Below, piece after piece: positions 51,150 to 61,490 of a stretch of DNA of 64,000 nt. How positions within the stretch are numbered: position 1 is the stretch's first letter; each line of letters begins with the position of its first letter. The stretch covers positions 229 through 64,228 of the forward strand of contig CADCMR010000012.1 of assembly GCA_902802585.1 (NCBI GenBank), written 5' to 3'. The DNA comes from an uncultured bacterium. GTDB lineage: Bacteria; Verrucomicrobiota; Lentisphaeria; Victivallales; UBA1829. The notes beneath the pieces were generated by a model. It was not told where the DNA came from, searched no databases, and saw nothing but the letters and a program-made list of their open reading frames with translations. Both the position numbers and the translations under genes were made by a program.

Positions 51150-51482
51150 ATGCAGAACGACGACACAGGCTTCCAAGCGCAGGAAAAACGTCAGGCAAAA
51201 AGCTGTCTTTCCGTTTTCCTGACCGTCATGCTCATCCTGTTTTCCCTTGCCATAGCGGCCGCGGCAGGCGTCATTGTCCTGGACTCCATCATGCTCAGAG
51301 GCGAGGAGCATACCTTGTCCTGGCGCGTAAAGCGCTACAAGGTGGCGGGGCAGTTCATCTGGTACGATTTCAAGGAACAAGTCTCCCGGATGTTTTCGGG
51401 CGAAGAGCAGAGCGTTTCGTGTCCGGTGGAACCTCCGGAATCCGAATCGGAATCCGAGTTGGAGCCCGATTCCGGACAGTAA
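51150..51482 (+). CDS. Small hypothetical membrane protein
   Basis: One TM helix (CLSVFLTVMLILFSLAIAAAAGVIVL) and an acidic SE-repeat tail. Starts 25 nt after the channel gene. Confidence 0.4.
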   Translation: MQNDDTGFQAQEKRQAKSCLSVFLTVMLILFSLAIAAAAGVIVLDSIMLRGEEHTLSWRVKRYKVAGQFIWYDFKEQVSRMFSGEEQSVSCPVEPPESESESELEPDSGQ

Positions 51483-51508
51483 AAAAGCCCTCCATCTAAC
51501 GGGAGGGC
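51481..51508 (-). terminator. Intrinsic terminator downstream of thrC
   Basis: Minus strand: GCCCUCC-cguuagau-GGAGGGC followed by UUUUUU. Confidence 0.6.
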
Positions 51509-51587
51509 AGGGAGGGCAAGTTCTCCACCGCGGTAGTGTCCGGTTGAGCGCGGACACGGGTGGAGGTTGATTCCTTTTCTATCGAGC

Positions 51588-52880
<1,293 letters not shown>

Positions 52881-52884
52881 GGAA

Positions 52885-54006
52885 TCACTTCCTTGCGATT
52901 TTGGTAAGATAAACGACGCCGAAGAGCTGGAAGAGCAAAGGCGGGATCCAGACGACGTACTGTGGATACAGATTGGGATGGTTGCGGAGCGCGTCGGAGA
53001 CGAGCACGCCGCCGTAGTAAAGCGCGCCGAGGGCGACGCTCAGGCACAGTCCGATGGATGTTTCGCGGCGGCTGGTGCGAATCGCCAGCGGCATGCCGAG
53101 CATCATGAACGCGATGGGAGCCAGCGCCAGGGCGATGCGCTGGTTGATCTCGACGTTGATCGCCGTGGCGTCGACGCCCGCGGCGTCCATGCCGCGTTTC
53201 AGGTAGATCGCGAGGCGGGCGAACAGGCTCTTGTAGGACAGATACTTGTCCTTGATGAAGACGTCTTTCTGGTTGTAGCGGTCGCCGAACGGGACATGAA
53301 GTTCGATGGATTCGCTGTACGAGTGCTCCTTGCGGCGTTCCTTTCCGGTCCCTTCCACGGTCTCAAGCAGCGCGTCGTACAGGGTCACGGTCAGCACCTG
53401 CGTGGACGGCTCCACCGAGACGACGCCGTGCGAAGCGAGGATGTCCTGTTTGGTCGTGCCGTCGTTGTCCGGCACATAGAGCTGCACGCCGTAGATGCGG
53501 TCTTCGCCGCCCGAGGATTCCTTCCCGTCGATGAAGATCGTGAGGTTGCCGAGCTGGACCGGGATCCCGGGCGTGAAGAACGAAAGCGGCGAGTTCGCAG
53601 CCGCGCTTTTCACCAGGTCGCGCGCCTCGCCGAGCGCCGGCGGACCGATCTGGAGCTGAAGCCAGAGGCAGAGGCACGACAGCAGGAACGACGAAACGAT
53701 GATCGGGGAGATGATCTGAAGGATGGAGATGCCGCAGGCGCGCATGGCGGTGATCTCGTTGTCCGCCGACATGCGTCCGAACACAAGCATGATGGAAACA
53801 AGCGCCGCCCACGGGATGGAAAATGCCAGCGCCATCGGCATGCCCAGCAGAAGGAATTTGCCGGCGATCAGCGGGGAAACGCCCTCGCTGATGTATTCGA
53901 TGACTTTCATGAGGTTGGCGCCGGTCATGGCGAATGTCAGGACCACGATCGCCATGGAGAATGTCGCCAGAAAGTTTTTTGTGACGTACCAGTTGAGAAT
54001 AAACAT
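52885..54006 (-). CDS. LptF/LptG family LPS export permease (YjgP/YjgQ)
   Basis: The N-terminus ILNWYVTKNFLATF...GRMSADNEITAMRACGIS has the typical YjgP/YjgQ pattern. Six predicted TM helices with a periplasmic insert. Only a 4-nt gap to thrC. Confidence 0.85.
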   Translation of the reverse strand: MFILNWYVTKNFLATFSMAIVVLTFAMTGANLMKVIEYISEGVSPLIAGKFLLLGMPMALAFSIPWAALVSIMLVFGRMSADNEITAMRACGISILQIISPIIVSSFLLSCLCLWLQLQIGPPALGEARDLVKSAAANSPLSFFTPGIPVQLGNLTIFIDGKESSGGEDRIYGVQLYVPDNDGTTKQDILASHGVVSVEPSTQVLTVTLYDALLETVEGTGKERRKEHSYSESIELHVPFGDRYNQKDVFIKDKYLSYKSLFARLAIYLKRGMDAAGVDATAINVEINQRIALALAPIAFMMLGMPLAIRTSRRETSIGLCLSVALGALYYGGVLVSDALRNHPNLYPQYVVWIPPLLFQLFGVVYLTKIARK

Positions 54007-54037
54007 AAGAATCCCGTTTCAAAGGTGACAATTTAAT

Positions 54038-54066
54038 AATATAGCACGCCCCACGCCGGGAATCAA
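54038..54066 (-). promoter_or_regulatory. Sigma-70-type promoter for the lptF/G-thrC operon
   Basis: Minus strand: TTGATT (54061-54066), 17-nt spacer ending GTGC, TATATT (54038-54043). Confidence 0.5.
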
Positions 54067-54261
54067 ACATTTTTTGTGTTTTTTTGCCGGGGATTCGGGA
54101 ATCCGTACGGTCTTTCTTTTCGCCGAGGAGGAATATGTTCCGGTGTTCTTCATCTTTCCTCGGCGGCGTGGCAGGGCGGAGACGGACCCGTTTCCCCCCT
54201 TCACGATGCGATCCTGCACGCCGCAGGACGAAAAAAAACGGAAAAAAATACGTTTTTGAGG

Positions 54262-54289
54262 TTGATTATTTCGAAAAGGGGAGTATAGT
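54262..54289 (+). promoter_or_regulatory. Sigma-70-type promoter for frr
   Basis: TTGATT (54262-54267), 16-nt spacer, TATAGT (54284-54289). Confidence 0.45.
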
Positions 54290-54396
54290 GTTCACAGAAA
54301 CAAACAACACGGCGTCTGGGACGCCCGCGCGGCGCGGGAAATGCCCGCCGGATTCCGGACCGACAAACGAACTTGCGACAGGAAGGAGCATCCCCC

Positions 54397-54960
54397 ATGA
54401 ACGAAATGAGCAATCTTCTCGACGAACTCGAAGAACGCATGATGAAGTCGGAAGAATCCATGAAGCACGATTTTTCCGCCATCCGCACCGGCAAGGCGTC
54501 GACCGCGCTCGTCGATCCGATCACGATTGAGTATTACGGCACGCAGACCAAGCTGCGCGACGTGGCGGGCATCTCCACGCCCGATCCGCGCACGATCTCC
54601 ATCCAGCCGTGGGACAAGTCCGCGCTCGCGAAGATCGAAAAGGCGATCATCGCATCCAACCTCGGCATTACGCCCCTCAACGACGGCAAAGTCATCCGCC
54701 TGCCCATTCCCCCGCTCTCCGGCGAACGCCGCCAGCAGCTCACCAAACAGGTGAAGGCGCGCTGCGAGGAGGCGAAAGTCTCCGTGCGCAACATCCGCCG
54801 CGACGGCAACGAGACGGCGAAGAAGCTGGAGAAGGATTCCGTCATCAACGAGGATGAGCTCAAGGAACTCCTGGAAAAGATCCAGAAGCTCACTGACGAA
54901 TACGTCAAAAAACTCGACGCGATCTCCGCCGACAAGGAGAAGGAGATCATGACCGTTTGA
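54397..54960 (+). CDS. frr: Ribosome recycling factor
   Basis: FSAIRTGKASTALVD...V.YYG....L...A.IS.PD.RT..IQPWDK.....IEKAI..S.LG..P..DG..IR...P.L...RR..L.K. GGAAGGAG lies upstream of the ATG at 54397. Confidence 0.93.
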   Translation: MNEMSNLLDELEERMMKSEESMKHDFSAIRTGKASTALVDPITIEYYGTQTKLRDVAGISTPDPRTISIQPWDKSALAKIEKAIIASNLGITPLNDGKVIRLPIPPLSGERRQQLTKQVKARCEEAKVSVRNIRRDGNETAKKLEKDSVINEDELKELLEKIQKLTDEYVKKLDAISADKEKEIMTV

Positions 54961-54994
54961 ACGGCGGAACAGCTGATTTCCCGCCTGACAGAAC

Positions 54995-55044
54995 GCCGTC
55001 CGTCCCTGCCTGAATACCTGGCATGATGCGGACGGCTTTCTTTT
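54995..55044 (+). terminator. Possible frr terminator
   Basis: GCCGTCCG (54995-55002) ... CGGACGGC (55029-55036) followed by TTTCTTTT. The loop is large. Confidence 0.4.
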
Positions 55045-55104
55045 GCCATGAAGGGAAGCAAAGCGCGCCATGACCCGGTCTGCACGACGAACTAGTACCT
55101 CAAA

Positions 55105-55157
55105 AAAGCCGAAAAAAACGACTGCTCCGGAGACGGAACAGCCGTTATGTTTTTTTG
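55105..55157. terminator. Bidirectional intrinsic terminator between frr and recJ
   Basis: 12-bp imperfect stem ACGACTGCTCCG-gaga-CGGAACAGCCGT (55118-55145), flanked by an A-run upstream and a T-run downstream. It therefore has a U-tract on both strands. Confidence 0.6.
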
Positions 55158-55170
55158 AGGCGCGGTACGC

Positions 55171-56889
55171 TCAGTCGGCGGACGGACGGAAGTCGATCAC
55201 CTGCAGCTGGCGCTTGCGTTCGCCGTAGTATTCGTTGATCTGCGGCTGCGCGATCACGTCCCAGCGCATCCCCATGTCGAGATGCTTGTTGAACGCGATG
55301 AAGTCGCATGTGCTGCCGTATTCGTCCATGAACACGCCCTTGGTGTGGACGGGGCGGATCGGCGACAGGCGAGCGATTTCGACGCCGCGGATGAGGTAAA
55401 GCGGCTGCGGATTGCCGTGCCCGAAGGGACCGAGCATACCGTGGTAGTGGAAGAATTCGTCGTTCAGTTCGTCCAGCCGCACCACGCCGTCGTAGTTGAT
55501 GTAGTTGGTCAGGTCGGACGGCTTGGCTTCCTCGCGCACGCACTTCTCGAATTCCTGCTGGAACTCGGCGATTTTGTCCTTGTTCATGCCGAGACCGACT
55601 GCCATCGGGTGCCCGCCGTAGCGGGTCAGCAGATGCGAGCAGCGGGACAGGATCTTAATGAGGTTGAGCGTGCCGACGCTGCGTCCGGAGCCGTGCGCCT
55701 CGTTGCCGATAATCGTGAGGACGATGGTCGGACGGTTGTAGTCGCGGGCGAAACGCGAGGCGACGATGCCGATGACGCCCTGATGCCAGTTCTCGCCGGC
55801 GGCGATGATCGACATGTTCGAGGCGAATCCGGGTGCGCTTTCCACCTGGGCTTTCGCCTGGAGGAAGATTTCCTGCTCCTTCGCCTGGCGGCGCTGGTTG
55901 AACTCGTCGAGTTTGGCGGCGTATTCGTAGGCGTCCACGATGTTGTCGGCGGTCATGAGGGCGAGCGCGGACGAGGCGTTGCCGAGGCGACCGGCGGCGT
56001 TCAGGCGCGGCGCGAGCTTGAACGTAATGTCGGACGGCTGGATGTTCGCCTCGACTTTGGCGTGCTGGATGAGCGCGTTGACACCGGGCCGGAGCTGCTT
56101 CTTGAGCATTTCCATGCCGTATTTCACGAGGATGCGGTTTTCGCCGAGCAGCGGCACGATGTCCGCCACGGTGCCGAGCGCGACGAAATCCAGCACCTCC
56201 TGCATGTCGGTCGTGTAGCCGCCCTCGTTGTGGGCGCGACCGTAAATCACGAACGCATGGGAGAGCTTGAACGCCACGCCGACGCCCGCCAGGTGCAGCA
56301 GGTCGTCCAGCCCGACCGGGTCGAGCTTCGGATTGATCGTGGCGAGCGCTTCGGGCAGCTCGTCCGCGGGCTCGTGGTGGTCCGTGATGATGACGTCAAT
56401 GCCGAGCTCGCGCGCCTTCTGCACGGCTTCCGCGCTGTTGATCCCGCAGTCGACCGTGACGAGCACGCCGCATTTCCCGCCGGGCACCGTCTCCAGCGCT
56501 TTCAGGAGGGAATCAGGCGTGAATCCGTATCCGTCGTCGAACCGGTGCGGCAGAAACGATGTGACCAGACCCCCGTTACGTTCGAGGACCCACGACAGCA
56601 GCGCCGTGGCGGTGATGCCGTCCGTATCGTAGTCCCCGTGGATGAGGATGCGTTCACGATTCCGGATCGCCTGCCAAAGCCGCTGGACGGCAATTTCTAT
56701 GCCGGCAAATCTGAAAGGATCGCTCAGGTCCGCGAAGGTCGCGTTCAGATAGCGGCCAAGCGTCTCCGGAGTAATGCCCCTTGAAGCCAGGTAAAGCGCC
56801 ACCGAGCGCATTACGCCTGACTCCTTGATCAATCTGTCGACAATGTTTTCTTTACCGTCGGAAGAACATCTCCATATTTTGTTTTCCAT
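55171..56889 (-). CDS. recJ: Single-stranded-DNA-specific exonuclease RecJ
   Basis: DHH motifs ILIHGDYDTDGITA, VTVDCG and IITDHH, plus DHHA1 GGHPMAVG. The ATG at 56889 (MENKIW...) is preferred over the track start. Confidence 0.92.
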   Translation of the reverse strand: MENKIWRCSSDGKENIVDRLIKESGVMRSVALYLASRGITPETLGRYLNATFADLSDPFRFAGIEIAVQRLWQAIRNRERILIHGDYDTDGITATALLSWVLERNGGLVTSFLPHRFDDGYGFTPDSLLKALETVPGGKCGVLVTVDCGINSAEAVQKARELGIDVIITDHHEPADELPEALATINPKLDPVGLDDLLHLAGVGVAFKLSHAFVIYGRAHNEGGYTTDMQEVLDFVALGTVADIVPLLGENRILVKYGMEMLKKQLRPGVNALIQHAKVEANIQPSDITFKLAPRLNAAGRLGNASSALALMTADNIVDAYEYAAKLDEFNQRRQAKEQEIFLQAKAQVESAPGFASNMSIIAAGENWHQGVIGIVASRFARDYNRPTIVLTIIGNEAHGSGRSVGTLNLIKILSRCSHLLTRYGGHPMAVGLGMNKDKIAEFQQEFEKCVREEAKPSDLTNYINYDGVVRLDELNDEFFHYHGMLGPFGHGNPQPLYLIRGVEIARLSPIRPVHTKGVFMDEYGSTCDFIAFNKHLDMGMRWDVIAQPQINEYYGERKRQLQVIDFRPSAD

Positions 56890-56996
56890 TGCCTTCTTCT
56901 TGTTTTTGATTACGAAAACACACTCTAAATATAACCCCAAAACAGGAAACATCAACCGAAAAGAGGAAAAAAAGCCTTTTTTTTTTGAATCCGTGC

Positions 56997-57025
56997 TTGA
57001 TTTTCTACGAAAAAGGCGCTATAGT
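56997..57025 (+). promoter_or_regulatory. Sigma-70-type promoter for tRNA-Leu
   Basis: TTGATT (56997-57002), 17-nt spacer, TATAGT (57020-57025), about 33 nt upstream of the tRNA. Confidence 0.5.
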
Positions 57026-57058
57026 AATTTAATCCGGACGATATCCGGTCTTTCGGTT

Positions 57059-57144
57059 GCCGACGTGGCGGAATGGCAGACGCGCTGCGTTCAGGTCGCA
57101 GTCCTTTCACGAGGGTGGAGGTTCAAGTCCTCTCGTCGGCACCA
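57059..57144 (+). tRNA. tRNA-Leu (anticodon CAG), long variable arm, CCA encoded
   Basis: GCCGACGTGGCGGAATGG...CTGCGTTCAGGTCGCAG...GGAGGTTCAAGTCCTCTCGTCGGCACCA. The acceptor stem is GCCGACG/CGTCGGC and the anticodon loop is TTCAGGT. Confidence 0.93.
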
Positions 57145-57442
57145 CTTTTCAGCTCAAAATCGAGCGATTGGCTTTTTTGTTTTCTGCTGACTGTCTTCCT
57201 TTTCTATTCCAGCCTTGATTCGGGATCATTGTGTGCTTACATCCGAACTGGCGAGCCTGAAACAGAGGCGGTCAGCCACCGGACATGGAAACAAATTGCC
57301 CCCGATTGCATCCAGCCAATGGTTTTTACCAGCTGAAGCCATCGAGGGCAAAGTGTGCCGGGTATCGTCTCCGGATTCGCAAGACGATGAAGTCTATGTG
57401 TTTTTATCCGATGATGTCGGCATGGTCGCCGGAGGGAAAAAC

Positions 57443-57733
57443 TCACTGAAGGGAGGCGAGCCACTCGGCGACGGCTTCGGTGGAGCCGGAATCGCCGGAC
57501 TTGATCTCTTCCTCATAGACCTCGCAGATCATGGCGGAGAGGTGGTCCATGTCGATGTCCTTTCCGGCGAGCTTGCTGACGGTCTTCAGAAGGTCGTGCT
57601 TGGTGAACGTGTAGTTGTTGGCGGCGACAATGTCGGCGATTTCCTTGGCGGAGGAAGCGCTGCCGATGGCGTTGCGGAAATCATCGTCCGCCATGAGGCG
57701 GGCGCAGAACGCGGTTGCGAGTTCAACGGACAT
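57443..57733 (-). CDS. Nif11-domain small protein (96 aa)
   Basis: MSVELATAFCARLMADDDFRNAIGSASSAKEIADIVAANNYTFTKHDLLK matches the Nif11 N-terminal domain pattern (MS.e.l..F......D..l...l....s.eei..iA...G..ft..dl). The internal ATG at 57733 fits the promoter position. Confidence 0.6.
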   Translation of the reverse strand: MSVELATAFCARLMADDDFRNAIGSASSAKEIADIVAANNYTFTKHDLLKTVSKLAGKDIDMDHLSAMICEVYEEEIKSGDSGSTEAVAEWLASLQ

Positions 57734-57782
57734 GGAAAGAATCCTTTCAAATGGATGATGGGAATGAATGGTAGTGTGAGAT

Positions 57783-57811
57783 ACAATAGCACGGGAAGCG
57801 CTTTTTTTCAA
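57783..57811 (-). promoter_or_regulatory. Sigma-70-type promoter for the Nif11-domain gene
   Basis: Minus strand: TTGAAA (57806-57811), 17-nt spacer ending GTGC, TATTGT (57783-57788). Confidence 0.5.
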
Positions 57812-57948
57812 CCTGTTCCGCGGAGAAAAACCGCGCGGTGACCCGTGAAAACGCAGAATAATGTGGAAAATGACTTGAAAAAAGCACGAGGAGAATTATA
57901 CTATAGGTTTTGGTGTAATCGAATTGTTACGAAAGAATCCATCCCGAG

Positions 57949-59964
57949 ATGCCGATCCTGTTTTTCTGCAAAATCCTGATCTTTCTGTTCGCCGCCATCC
58001 CGGTTTCGGTCGCGATGCTGGCGGTGTGGAATGCCGCGCGGTCGCCCGTGCTCGGGGCGGCGGAACGATTCCTGCTGGCGGCGGCATACGGCACGGCGGT
58101 CATGCTGGCGTCCGTCGGCGTGCCGGGGATGCTCGGATGCCTGTCGGTTTTCTCCGTGGAACTATGCTGCCTCATGTTTTCGGTCGGGCTGTACTGTCTC
58201 TCGCGGCGCATACAGAAGGACGGCGGAAAGGATGAGGAAGCGGCGTCCGCCCCGGCGTCGCCCGCGTTTCCCCTGAAAACGCACGGCGAGAAGTTCTTTT
58301 CCGGGCTGCTGCTGTGCGGCACGGTGAGCCTGAGTTTGTCGTGTTTCGCGGCGCACCTCGGGACGGACACCTTTTTCTACCACCTGTATTTTCCGGCGAT
58401 GTGGCTTCGGAACGGCAGCCTGGCGTACGTGCCGGTCCCCGGGTACACGTGCGAGTATTACCCGGCGTACGGGGAAATGCTGTACTGTTTCCTGATGGCG
58501 CCGACGCCGGGGACGGCGGACATCGCGTTTCTGCTGCAGGTGTGGGCGCTGGTGCTGAACGCCGGAGCCGTCTGTGCGCTCGGGAGCGTGTTCGGTGCGC
58601 CGCTGACGGCGTCCCTCGCCTCCGCCGCGCTTGCCATGTTCACCAGCATGGTCGCCGGAAATGCCGTGCTGGCATACACGGACGTGCTGAACGGCGGTTA
58701 TCTGACCGCCGGGCTTGCGTTGCTGTGCGCCGGTGCATCCCGCCGGTACATCCCGTCGTGCCTGGGCGCGGGGATTCTGCTTGGGATCGCCGCCTCGGTC
58801 AAGCTGACCGGGCTGCTGCTTTCGCCGGTTCTCGCGCTTGCCGCCATGGCGTATTTCTTTGTGCGGAGAACGGACGCGCGTAAATGTGTCGCGGCGTCCG
58901 CCGTAACGGCAACCGTCTTCGCCGCGCCGTTCTATCTGCGGAGCTGGATCGTCACGGGCAATCCGTTCTACCCCGTGCGGATTCCGCCGTTCTTCAATGC
59001 CGGACTGGAGTTCGAGCGCCACGCGGTCGGGTTTACCTCGGAAGCATGGGACTTTTTCTTCCGCGGCGGGGCGTGGGGGCTGAACATCCCGAGCGGGATT
59101 CTGTGGGGAGCGGCGCCGTTCGCTGTGCTGGCGGCCGCACTGAGCCGGAAGAAAACCCGGGAACGGGCTTTGGCGATCCTGCTGGCATCCGTTCTGATCG
59201 GGCTGTTTGCCGTTCAACTGGGCGTATATCCGGAGATTGCGCAGGCGCGGCAGTACATCCCGTGGATTATGACGTGTTCCGCGCTGCTGCCTGTGGCGCT
59301 GACGCCCGCCGCTGAACGTTTCCCGCGCGTGTTCCCGGCGGCAATCCTGGCGATTTTGCTGGCGGTTTATTATTCTCCGATCACCGTGAAGTACGGATAT
59401 GTGCTGGTCCCGCTTTCCGGCGCGGCGATGATGTTTGTGCCGGATCGCTGGATGCGCCGGGTGGTCTGTGCCGTGCTCATCCTGCTTTTCCCGGTCGGGG
59501 CGTTCTTTTCGATGGTCAGGGAGGCGAACCCCGAAGTTCATGAACACGGCAACGTGCTGGCTTTCGGGCGCGGTCCGGCGGAATGCATCCGCCAGGTGAT
59601 CGAGTCGTCGAGACGGGAAGGTCCGAAAACGACGGCGGTCATCGGGACCATGTTTTCCTTCGGCTTCATGGAGGATACCGCCGGAAACCGGGTGGTTTCG
59701 GTCCCGATCAACAAAAAGAACTCGCTGCATCCGCATGAGTTCGGGTCATTGGCGGAAATGCGTGCGGATCCGGTCGGCTCTGAGGAATGGATCGCACGCC
59801 TGGACGCGGAGGGCGCGGACTATCTTTACGTCGAGCTCACCGACGATGCGGAACGTCTGCCGGATCCCGGCTGGGAATACCGTGCGGCAAGCTCCCATCC
59901 GGAACGGTTCAAATGCCTGTACGATGACGGCGCGTGCGCGTTGTTCGAGGTGCTGAAACCGTAA
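57949..59964 (+). CDS. Polytopic membrane protein, putative GT-C fold glycosyltransferase (ArnT/PMT-like) with a C-terminal soluble domain
   Basis: More than 10 hydrophobic helices over ~520 aa, followed by a ~140-aa hydrophilic C-terminus. The overall layout resembles family 39/83 glycosyltransferases, but no catalytic motif is verified. Confidence 0.45.
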   Translation: MPILFFCKILIFLFAAIPVSVAMLAVWNAARSPVLGAAERFLLAAAYGTAVMLASVGVPGMLGCLSVFSVELCCLMFSVGLYCLSRRIQKDGGKDEEAASAPASPAFPLKTHGEKFFSGLLLCGTVSLSLSCFAAHLGTDTFFYHLYFPAMWLRNGSLAYVPVPGYTCEYYPAYGEMLYCFLMAPTPGTADIAFLLQVWALVLNAGAVCALGSVFGAPLTASLASAALAMFTSMVAGNAVLAYTDVLNGGYLTAGLALLCAGASRRYIPSCLGAGILLGIAASVKLTGLLLSPVLALAAMAYFFVRRTDARKCVAASAVTATVFAAPFYLRSWIVTGNPFYPVRIPPFFNAGLEFERHAVGFTSEAWDFFFRGGAWGLNIPSGILWGAAPFAVLAAALSRKKTRERALAILLASVLIGLFAVQLGVYPEIAQARQYIPWIMTCSALLPVALTPAAERFPRVFPAAILAILLAVYYSPITVKYGYVLVPLSGAAMMFVPDRWMRRVVCAVLILLFPVGAFFSMVREANPEVHEHGNVLAFGRGPAECIRQVIESSRREGPKTTAVIGTMFSFGFMEDTAGNRVVSVPINKKNSLHPHEFGSLAEMRADPVGSEEWIARLDAEGADYLYVELTDDAERLPDPGWEYRAASSHPERFKCLYDDGACALFEVLKP

Positions 59965-61461
59965 TCAGAGCGGATCGACCGAGCCGTCGGATGCGTGTTT
60001 GTCCAGGTAGTCGCGGATGGCGCGCGCGAACTCGACGCCGATGCCGCTGACGCGGGATGCGATCTCCTCAGCGGTGGCGTTGCGGAGGGCGCGGACGGAG
60101 CCGAATTCGCGCAGGAGCGCCGCCTTCCTCGCCTCGCCGATGCCCTCGATTTCGTCCAGCAGGGAATCGCGGATGGTCTTCAACCTGAGCTCGCGATGGT
60201 AGGTGATGGCGAACCGGTGCGCCTCGTCGCGGACCGCCTGCAGGAGCTTGACCGCGGCGCTGTCCAGCGGCAGGCGTATGGACTCGGATTCGCCGGGGAT
60301 GAAGACTTCCTCGTGTTTTTTCGCGAGTCCGATGACCGGGAACGGCGGACAATGGATGGCGACGAGCGCGTCGAGGGCACTGGAGAGCTGCCCCTTGCCT
60401 CCATCGACCATGAGCAGGTCGGGCAGTGGGCGACCCTCTTCCATGAGGCGGGAGAAATGCCGCGTGACAGCCTCCTTCATCATGGCGAAGTCGTTCGGTC
60501 CCTCGACCGTGCGGATGCGGAACCGGCGGTATTTCTTCTTGTCGGGACGACCGCCGGTGAAATGCACCATGCTGGCGACGGCGAGCGTGCCGGAGATGTT
60601 CGAGATGTCGAAGCACTCGATGTTTTCGGGCATGACTGGGAGGCACAGCTCCTCGCCGAGCTCCTTCACCGCGCCGTCGCCCGCGACGAGCGAGGGGATC
60701 TGCACGTTCGCGAGGTTGCGGCGGCGTCCGACGTAGAGGCAGTCGAGGTTGTCCGCTACGTCGCGGAGGTTGGCTGCCTTCTCGAACTGCTGTTTCGCGG
60801 CGGCCTCCGTCATGCGCTGCTTCAGGATCGCCGCGACCTCGCCGATGTGGCCGTTCAGCACGTCGACCAGCTTCCTCACGCGTTCGTCGTATTCCTCCTT
60901 CGTGACCTCGCCGACGCACGGGCGGCAGCAGTCGCGGACGGTCCCCGCCAGGCAGTGCGCGCGGTCCTCCGGACCCGGCTCGGCGCAGCGGCACACGCGG
61001 ATGCCGAAATGCCGCACGAGGAAGTCGGCTGTGAGGTGGAGCGCGCCGCCCTTCGGGAACGGACCGAAGTAGAGGCAGGAATCGTCCTTCTTGAGGCGGG
61101 CGAACTTGAGGCGGGGGAAGGTCTCGGCGGGGTCTATCTTCAGCATCAGGTAGCGCTTGTCGTCGCGCATGAGGACGTTATAGTGAGGCGCGTACTCCTT
61201 GATGAGGCGGGATTCGAGGATCAGCGCCTCGTCCTCGGTGCGGACCGTGATGGTCTCCCAGGTGGCGATGGAGTGGATCAGCGAGCGCAATTTCGGATCG
61301 GCGGTGCGGATGCGCGAGTCCTGGAAATACTGGCTCATGCGCCGCCGCAGGTTCGCCGCCTTGCCCACGTAGATGACCGTGCCGAAGCGGTCGCGATAGA
61401 TGTAGCAGCCCGGCTTGTCCGGGATGTCCGACGGCCTGAACTCGGGATGCAGTTTCGACAT
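59965..61461 (-). CDS. uvrC: Excinuclease ABC subunit C
   Basis: The GIY-YIG N-terminus is PGCYIYRDRFGTVIYVGKAANLRRRMSQYF. A UVR domain (QQFEKAANLRD), an endonuclease domain and a C-terminal (HhH)2 IEGIGEARKAALLREFGS follow. The start is at MSKLHPEF (61461). The track's upstream 229 codons overlap queA and are rejected. Confidence 0.9.
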   Translation of the reverse strand: MSKLHPEFRPSDIPDKPGCYIYRDRFGTVIYVGKAANLRRRMSQYFQDSRIRTADPKLRSLIHSIATWETITVRTEDEALILESRLIKEYAPHYNVLMRDDKRYLMLKIDPAETFPRLKFARLKKDDSCLYFGPFPKGGALHLTADFLVRHFGIRVCRCAEPGPEDRAHCLAGTVRDCCRPCVGEVTKEEYDERVRKLVDVLNGHIGEVAAILKQRMTEAAAKQQFEKAANLRDVADNLDCLYVGRRRNLANVQIPSLVAGDGAVKELGEELCLPVMPENIECFDISNISGTLAVASMVHFTGGRPDKKKYRRFRIRTVEGPNDFAMMKEAVTRHFSRLMEEGRPLPDLLMVDGGKGQLSSALDALVAIHCPPFPVIGLAKKHEEVFIPGESESIRLPLDSAAVKLLQAVRDEAHRFAITYHRELRLKTIRDSLLDEIEGIGEARKAALLREFGSVRALRNATAEEIASRVSGIGVEFARAIRDYLDKHASDGSVDPL

Positions 61462-61490
61462 GAGCGCCTCCGTTTCCCCCCTCCGTCCGC

